Assembly (NCBI RefSeq): GCF_009914755.1
Contig: NC_060930.1
Origin: the human T2T-CHM13v2.0 reference genome, Homo sapiens
DNA: 64,000 nt
Strand: one strand, 5' to 3'
Shown: piece after piece, positions 55,666-64,000 of the stretch
Layout of the letters: every line of letters begins with the position of its first letter
Numbering within the stretch: the first letter of the stretch is position 1
Notes under the pieces: generated by a model
What the model was told of the DNA's origin: nothing
Database searches by the model: none
The model's input: the letters and a program-made list of their open reading frames with translations, nothing else
Position numbers and translations under genes: made by a program

Positions 55666-56596
55666 CTATTGTTGTATTATACAATAATATATAGTAGGTT
55701 CAAAATATGAATTTCTAGCTGTAATCTGGTACTATTATATCAGATTCTTCTAATTTGTTCAAAATTTTTATTTTTATATACATTGAGTTTCTATATTATC
55801 TTATTGTTCTAATTAATCATTATTTATCTTTATAACTTAATTTCTATTGAAGTCCTAATTGTCTCATTTATCTACTAAAGGAATTTTAATTCTAGTTTTT
55901 TTATAGTGTGCTAAAGCATATAATAATTATCATAATCATAAATAAGGTATTTAGGTGATATCAAAACTAAATTGCTGAGATTCATTCATAATGATGACAG
56001 GACTCAACACTTACACACTAAAGTACCTCAGTTTTAAATAAAGAGCAAAAGGCTTAGTTCCAGAGAAAGAAATCAGTGAAGTGGAGGATTTGATGTCGTT
56101 AGTATTACTATCATTGTTTCTATTATAATTATTTTAGTTTTGCTTTGGTTTGATGTCTGCCAGAAGCCAAGCAGTGGACGTGTGGCTCCATTTCAGCACC
56201 AGGACACTTGAACAGCACCATTGTGAGTCTTCTAACCACTCTGTGGCTCCTAGTTAAATTTATGCTTACCCTCTGGCACTTTTCACAGAGGGTCCTTTCA
56301 GTCAAAACCAGACAAATTATAGAAAAACAGAAAGCAAGGTAATAAGAACATGTCCTGAATCAATGTATAATAGTCTCAGTGATGCTTTTTCCTGGAATGG
56401 AAAGTAAATTACATACTGAAAACATGAAATGCAGTATTAAGGTACTGAAGATAGGCAGGTAAATAAATTTCTTCATCTTTAAATACAATTATAATCCAAG
56501 AAACATTGATCATAAGAAAACTCTAACATTGGATAGCTATCCATTTTTAATGCATTTGAGTCAGATAATTAGATTAAAATATTTTTGATAGATTAC

Positions 56597-56729
56597 CTAG
56601 TTGGAATCCTGAAGTCTACATTATTTCCCAACTTGTAAGCCACCTGCAATGTAGCTGATCCCACTACTCTCTGGATAGCTCTTCTAGATGCTGCTTTATC
56701 TACCTGGAACTGAGAGATCAGATCAAACC
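56597..56729 (-). CDS. COL9A1: COL9A1 exon 4 (133 nt; [45 protein letters not shown]4)
   Basis: tctatAG|GGTTTGAT...CCAACTAG|GTAATC. Confidence 0.97.
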
Positions 56730-56862
56730 CTATAGAATGGGAATACAAAATGAAAAGTCTAAAATGAGATTGGTTTTATTTCTTTCCACAACTTTCCCAA
56801 ATAAAAAAAAAAATCAGGTTTATAGAAAGCATGCATTTTCAATAGGGTACATTGCTACTCAC

Positions 56863-56940
56863 CTGGTAAGTCATCTTGGCCAATCCTGATCTTTGGACAG
56901 AGTTCATTTCCACCATTAGAATTGGAATTGACAGGGAATC
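56863..56940 (-). CDS. COL9A1: COL9A1 exon 3 (78 nt; FPVNSNSNGGNELCPKIRIGQDDLP, NC4)
   Basis: ttttgcAG|GATTC...TTACCAG|GTGAGT. Confidence 0.97.
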
Positions 56941-56980
56941 CTGCAAAAGAGATAGCATGTCATTCTACTTCATCCACTCT

Positions 56981-57035
56981 AACTTAAAGTATAATAATAA
57001 TAAAATAAAATAAAATAATAATAATAATAATAAAA
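56981..57035 (+). mobile_element. Ultra-short L1PA 3' stub plus AT-rich tail
   Basis: aacttaaagtataataataa followed by a (TAAAA)/(TAA) tail; identical to the L1PA terminus seen at 30483. Confidence 0.6.
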
Positions 57036-57847
57036 TTTAGAACCAGAAAATAGCAATTGACCACAAAAAAAAGATTTCAGGATGTATCAATAATAATAAA
57101 TATTTAAAATTCAATATTATACCAGCTTGCTTAGAGGTAAAGTGTTTGGCTTTACCTCCATGCCTCTACGATTATAATCTGTCCACCTGCAACTCATCCT
57201 GGAAGGGGTGGATGCAAGGCACAAAGTTGCTCTAATAATCTGGCTGGGAAAATGTTCGTTTTGAAGAGGTTAGGCATTTGTTCCTTTTGAAACCAAAGCT
57301 GAATGGTGTCCTGAATGGCACAGGGTCAGAAATCTGTTTGGAAAATTCCTGGTGGTTTGGGCTAGAAAATGTTCCTTAAACACCACAAATTTTAGGATTC
57401 CAGTGAGATTCCAGAGCCAACCTTGGTCCAGTTCAGTGGGGCTTCTGGAGAGTAGAGTTCTTAGGAATCTTTGTCAGATATAGGGGCCTGGGGAAGTCTT
57501 GAGATTCACTAATCCTAAATAAAATATAGAGGATGGATTTGATTTCATAAATTCGTTCTAAGAGATCAAATAAAAGTCCCGACTAGATTAATCCTAACAT
57601 CTTAGAACTGGGAAGAGTAAAAAGAAGAAGAAAATAATCATGAGAAGGATTAAATCCTCAATTTGATAAGAAATCATAGAATGGAATTGTGTTCTCCTTA
57701 CACAAATGGAAGGTCAAAGGGAAGAGAGATTTTTCACCACCACAGAAGGCTTCTTGGAAATATCCAACCTCAGTGCCTTGCTAAGATTCATCTGACAACA
57801 GAGACTCTCTAGACTTCAAAAAAAGTATTATTCAGTTACAAAGCATA

Positions 57848-58158
<311 letters not shown>

Positions 58159-58554
58159 GCATGGGCCTAACCATAATGGTACATCAAACATGCTCTTTAT
58201 ACTCTCCTCACCCCAAATTGTTGAGGTCCATCCATCCATCAGTCTATTTATTCATTCATCCATGTATTCACCCAACATTTACCAATCACCATCTGTACTA
58301 GGCACTGCACTAGGCACTGCAGCTCACAGATTGGCCTTCCTACCAACTGTGATTACTGACAGGACTTACTTTCCATACCCAGCATTGACCATGGAAAACC
58401 AGAACCTAATGTATCCCTGTGCCCCAAAGCTGGATTGAAGAGTGAGGGTGTGAAGGACTATGAATGCCTCACTCAGTCTTCAGTCAGCCACAGCCCTGCC
58501 TGATCATTTCTGGGAATAAGTGATCTTTGAAAGTCTAGAAACTATGGCCCTTAC

Positions 58555-58628
58555 TGGGGCGACGCTTGACAGCTGCAGATGCCCAGGGTTCCAGGAAACT
58601 GCACACAAAGAAGAAAACTGGAATTTTC
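58555..58628 (-). CDS. COL9A1: COL9A1 exon 2 (74 nt; signal peptide KIPVFFFVCSFLEPWASA-AVKRRP)
   Basis: ttcttcAG|GAAAATTCC...CGCCCCA|GTAAGG; hydrophobic signal peptide core. Confidence 0.97.
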
Positions 58629-58727
58629 CTGAAGAAGAGAGAAGAAAAATGACTGAAACAGGAGTCCCCGCAGATGGAAAACACTTCCATATTTTCAAAC
58701 CTAGTAAACCTAATTAATGTAAGGTGA

Positions 58728-59061
<334 letters not shown>

Positions 59062-59149
59062 TTCATTTTTACTTTGAAACCCTACTGAGAGATGTAAGGA
59101 ACTCATGTTTCCAGACCCCACTGTCGTTGTTGTTTTATTGATCTCACCT

Positions 59150-59360
59150 TCTCGGTATCTACCTATCTCACTGTTTTGGTACCTATTTCTTTGTCTCTGG
59201 TTTCTTTCACCTTTGATTTCCTTCCTCTCTTTTTCTGTGGCCGTCACTTTCTCTCCCTTCCTCTGTCTGTCTTCGGTTTTTTGTGTCTGTCTTCGGTTTC
59301 TCACGCTTGCCCTCTTGTCTTACTCTCTCATCCGTCTCTCTTTCTGTCTCTCACCTTGAG
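59150..59360. repeat. CT-rich low-complexity tract in intron 1
   Basis: Near-continuous TC/TCTG/TTTC runs, with a duplicated tgtctgtcttcggttt. Confidence 0.7.
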
Positions 59361-59464
59361 GCTCACCTACTCTCATCTTACCACTGCTGCAAAAATACAG
59401 ACCCTTGGTTCTGAGGACCCCCAGCTCCATCTCCCCACCACTCTTTCCAGGGTTATTGTCTTAC

Positions 59465-59478
59465 CAGCAGGTCTTCAT
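59465..59478 (-). CDS. COL9A1: COL9A1 exon 1, coding part (MKTC-W, 14 nt); 5'UTR extends to about 59637
   Basis: Minus strand ATG AAG ACC TGC TG|GTAAGA donor; joins exon 2 in frame. Confidence 0.96.
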
Positions 59479-59940
59479 TTTCCCAGTTGATTTTCTTTGT
59501 TTGCCAACAGTCCCTATGAAGAAGGGGTTGGAAGGGAGTCACTGTCCCCTCACGACCCCTTCACTGTTACCCTAGGACTATGTGTTCTGGGCCCAGCCTT
59601 GGTCCCTCCTGCCCCCGGTGAGGGCTAAAAGCAAAGGGAGAGAACCAGAGGCATCTCGTGACACTTTAAACTGAAGCAAAGGAAAGGGGTGGGGAGAAGC
59701 AGCGCTCTGAGCCCAGGCCTAGGGGTGTGTCCTCAAAGCTAACAAGGTTATACTGAAGGAGGGATTTACAGGGGAAAGTTTGCTGAAAAGAAAAAAATAA
59801 AATCAGGATGTGGGGAAATTCACCAGAAAGATCCAGGCAAGGTGCTATAGGAACACAGTAGATGCTTTTAGATCTGCTATAGGAGTACAATGGCAGCTTT
59901 CAGAACTGCTATAGGAATACAGTGGAAGCTTTCAGAGGGC
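59479..59940 (-). promoter_or_regulatory. COL9A1: P1 (long-isoform, cartilage) 5'UTR and proximal promoter
   Basis: Repeat-free sequence upstream of the exon 1 ATG; TATA-like TTTAAA at 59665-59670; SOX-type motifs at 59843-59938; exact TSS not determinable from sequence. Confidence 0.8.
59843..59938. repeat. Three tandem 32-bp imperfect repeats in the P1 promoter
   Basis: Units start at 59843, 59875 and 59907: tgctatagga-(ac/gt/at)-aca(g/a)t-(aga/ggc/gga)-(t/a)gcttt(t/c)aga. Confidence 0.9.
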
Positions 59941-60004
59941 TGAGGTTCCAGTAAAAATGTGCCCACTGGGAGGCAGAGGTGTGGAAACTCGTGGGAGCCT
60001 TGGT

Positions 60005-60380
60005 GCCCGATCAACCTAAGTTTCAATCCCTGTTTATTCTGAAGCTTACTAGCTGTGTGTCCTTGAGAGAGTTACTTCACCTTTCTGTAACTAGATGCCC
60101 TAACTGTAAAACAGATTGAAAATGCTTACATTAAAACAATGGTTTTGAGAATTAAATGAGGTATCAAAGGCAGAGGGTCTAACACCCAACAATCATTATT
60201 TGTCATCGTCTTCATAGCTAACGCTTCATTATGCACCTCCGTCTGTTGAAAATGCTCAAAGCTTAATGCCATTTAATTCTCACAACAACATTATAAGGTA
60301 AGACTGAAGTTACCCTTATTCTCCAAATAAGAAAGTTGAGGAAGCAGAAAATGAAGTAACTTTTTCAAAGTGCCATGCCT
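60005..60380. mobile_element. Two MIR fragments in opposite orientation
   Basis: ttactagctgtgtgtccttgagagagttacttcacc (+) and tttaattctcacaacaac...aagttgagg (-). Confidence 0.65.
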
Positions 60381-60816
60381 ATTACTAAATACACATTCCC
60401 TCTCTCTACCTCATGGATAGAAATCCTGATAAAATGTAACATCAAGCCCCCTACTTGTTGTTTATTCTTAAACTCTGAGACTACCAGAGTCGAGCAGAGG
60501 ACACTGTATCTGGAAAGAAGCAACATATTATCCTCCGTTAACAAGGTGAGAGCAAATTACAAGGAGCACAAACCTAGAGAGAGGCATGTTATCAGCATCG
60601 CTACCACACATGCCATGCCGTCTCTCCAGAACCTGAGCACCTAAAGAGAATTCCCTATAGCCCCCACATCACCCCCGTTACCACCCACTCAGCATGGCCA
60701 ACCTCTGGCCTTGTCTTGAGGGACACGGGTGGTTACTCCAAAACCAAGACTCTAAAGGTCAGAAGATCCAATGATCTCAAAAATCACAGTACAAGCAAAG
60801 TAATTTTTAGGTGAAC

Positions 60817-60983
60817 TTTTTTTTTTTAAGAGACAGGGTCTCAGGTCTCGCTCTGTCCCCCAAGCTGGAGTACAGTGGCATAATCATAGCTCACTACAGC
60901 CTTGAACTTCTGGGCTCAGGGGATTCTCCCACCTCAGCCTCCTGAGTAACTGGGATGATAGTCATGCACCACTGCACCTGGCT
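60817..60983 (-). mobile_element. Alu monomer (FRAM or AluJ right arm)
   Basis: Single arm: poly-T, gagacagggtctc...catagctcactacagccttgaac...cactgcacctggct. Confidence 0.85.
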
Positions 60984-61787
60984 TCTTGAAATTTTTAAAT
61001 TTCGTTTTCTAATTGATTTAATTTTTATTTAATTACAAAACAATAGCGTTGCTTCTTATTTTTCATTTGTTTATTTCTTTTCCAAAAAAGTCCTTTCAGT
61101 TTCTGCCTCCCCCAGCTCACTGATGAAATGTAAATCAGGCAAACTTAATATCCATGCTTTTGCCCTTTTATTTTCTACTCATAGCCCACCTGTTGGAGTC
61201 CTGTCTCTCTTTCCCAGAGGGACACCCATTTCCTCATGCTGTTTGGGGCTTTCTACAAGTCCCTGTCATTTGCCTTCTGTCTATCAAAATTCCCATTCCC
61301 TAGTGCAGCCATCCTGGCTCTGTGACAGAACTACAAATGACCAGATCTTAGCTTATTTGTTTAAGTCAGTCAGGGCTCATGAGAAAGAAGCGGTCTATTA
61401 ACCTCAGAGGAGAAACTGCAGCTGGGGACCTTCCTGACATCCTGAAGTCACAGGAGGTAAGCCAGCCAGAGATTCACAGGGGAAAAGGCATTTTCCAAAG
61501 GGACTGTCCATTGAAGCTATTTATTTGCATGATTGATCCTCTCATATTACTTACTCTGGTAAGAAAGGAGAGAGGGATTTTTCATTATAATGAAGTGTTT
61601 GGGAAATCCTTTCATTGCTTTAGAGATCTCAATTCCGCATTTGCCCCTCTCCTTCCCACTGTAATGAATCCTCTTCAAGTAGAATTTGAAATCAAGTGAG
61701 GGTGCCTTTTAATTAAAAATGAAAGGATAGAGAGAAAAATAGGTTTGCTTATAGGTGGTGTGGCTTTTTTCTAGCTTGGCAGTTTTA

Positions 61788-62475
<688 letters not shown>

Positions 62476-62994
62476 AAAGTCGATCCAGAGAGAACAAAGA
62501 TATATACAATATTATTTAAGGAAATTTTTTTTCCTCCCTCCACTCCCATTTTCTATTAATCTTGTTTCCTAACGCGACATTAGAATCTCACAGACAGCAG
62601 TGCAAATGCCACACTATTCTGGTCTGGGTCAGTTGCACCCTAAGGTCATAGACGCATAAGCTTTTTCACCCTTAGCATTATTTCCTCACCTTACCTAACA
62701 GTTTGGTTCTGAAAAACCATGTAGAAATGAAATGTGGTCAATCATATCAGATTATAAATGAACTAAGACAGCTTAATATTTAAAATGATCCATTTTATAA
62801 ATAGAAGTGTTTTGTATAGAACAGTTATACTTTTCTTTGTACCTCCTCTCATCCCTCCCCCACATACTTTTTCACAGAATGCACACACACTAATCTCCTT
62901 CTTCTTATAAATCAAGAATATTATTTACTTAAAGCTTAAATCGGGGAACATCATCACAAATAATCATCTTTCTTGATCATCTGCTTTCTTCCCT

Positions 62995-63950
62995 TTGTTT
63001 ATTCAATCATGTATTGAGTAACTATATACAGTAGTATATGTATCAAGTATGTGCTGGGAGGTGAGGAAGCAAAAAGTGTGAATAAACACAGCCTTGCCCT
63101 GAGGAAGCTGACAATCCAGCATGGAGGACCAATATGAAAGCGACCACAATTCAGAGAATAAGAAGGCTGTAGTGTCACTGAGAACAAGTATTAGCATAAT
63201 CCAAGGGCATCGGGAAATTTTTAATACAAGAGATGAAATCGTGAAGGATACTAAGGCTACTAAGAGAATAAGTGGGTGCAGTATGTTTTAGACAGAGAAA
63301 ACAGAAGATACTATAACAAAAAGGTAAAAGAGGACATTTGGGAAGCAAAGAATCCTTTCATTTGGTAAATATCTATTGATGCCTCTTCTACCATGCTCCC
63401 TGAGTGACCTTAACACCAGAGAGACAACCAGAGAAAGATCAGGTCCCTGCCCCTATGCAGCTTACACACTGGTGGGAAGAGAGGTACTAAACACATTTAC
63501 AAGAATAGACAAAATAATTTCAGGTGGAAGCATTATGAAAAATATAAAAGAAGACAATGTGTCATAGAGACTGTAGAAGGTTTAGAAGCTGGTCTAGGTT
63601 GAGGGGTTAGGGAAGGCTGCTTTGAAGTCGTTAATTTTGACTCAGACCAGATGAGAATAAAGAGATAAGATTGGTGGGTAGATTGGAAAAGGGGTGGGGG
63701 ACAGGAAAACTACCTGGTTTTGAGCTTGAGCAACTGAGTAGATGGTGATGTCACTTTCTGAAATCACAAGTAGGAGGACCACGGGGGAGGAGTTGGGTAA
63801 AGGATCTTGAATGACATCAAAAGAAAGCATAGACATTATTCTGGCTGTTATAGGAACTGAGAGAAGAGTTTGAGGCCAATAATGACTTTTTTGGATGTGT
63901 CTTTAGAAAGACAGTTCTGGTGTTGCTTGGAGGATGGATTGAATGGGCTT
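62995..63950 (-). mobile_element. L2 fragments
   Basis: tttattcaatcatgtattgag..., tttgagcttgagcaactgagtagatggtgatgtcacttt, gacagttctggtgttgc. Confidence 0.65.
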
Positions 63951-64000
63951 TATTACTACGTATACAGATACACAACCAGAACAAAAGTTTCAGAAAGCAA

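Noticed and set aside
56192-56210. REST/NRSE-like TTCAGCACCAGGACAC (also TCAGCACTGAGGACC at 55264)
   Set aside because: The first has a 1-nt rather than 2-nt spacer and a poor right half; the second mismatches core positions. Not supportable without ChIP data
59843-59938. CRISPR-like repeat/spacer appearance of the 32-bp array
   Set aside because: Eukaryotic context; whole units are homologous with no unique spacers; no cas genes

Overview
Primate (almost certainly human) genomic DNA containing the 5' two-thirds of COL9A1 (collagen IX alpha-1) on the minus strand. Exons 1-28 were mapped by hand from GT/AG boundaries. They total 1872 coding nt (codons 1-624) and encode signal peptide, NC4 (TSPN/LamG-like), COL3, NC3 and most of COL2; exons 29 onward lie beyond the left edge. 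Also present are the upstream cartilage promoter P1 (~59.6 kb), an internal CpG-island promoter P2 with alternative exon 1* in intron 6 (short isoform without NC4), and an alternative terminal exon with a poly(A) signal in intron 10 (ends TSP-stop). The introns hold 17 Alus plus an Alu monomer, L1/L2/MIR relics, a truncated piggyBac MITE (MER85) and microsatellites. Most ORFs in the supplied track are Alu-derived or random. I found no unambiguous new gene or system. The best leads are isoform-control architecture: steric exclusion of exon 7 from P2 transcripts, a P2-only uORF, intronic polyadenylation giving a secreted NC4 form, inverted Alus around exon 2 and around in-frame collagen exon blocks, a 3x32-bp SOX-type promoter repeat, and a CTCF motif between the two promoters. 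Gene and repeat identities come from recognition of the sequence, not from a database search.
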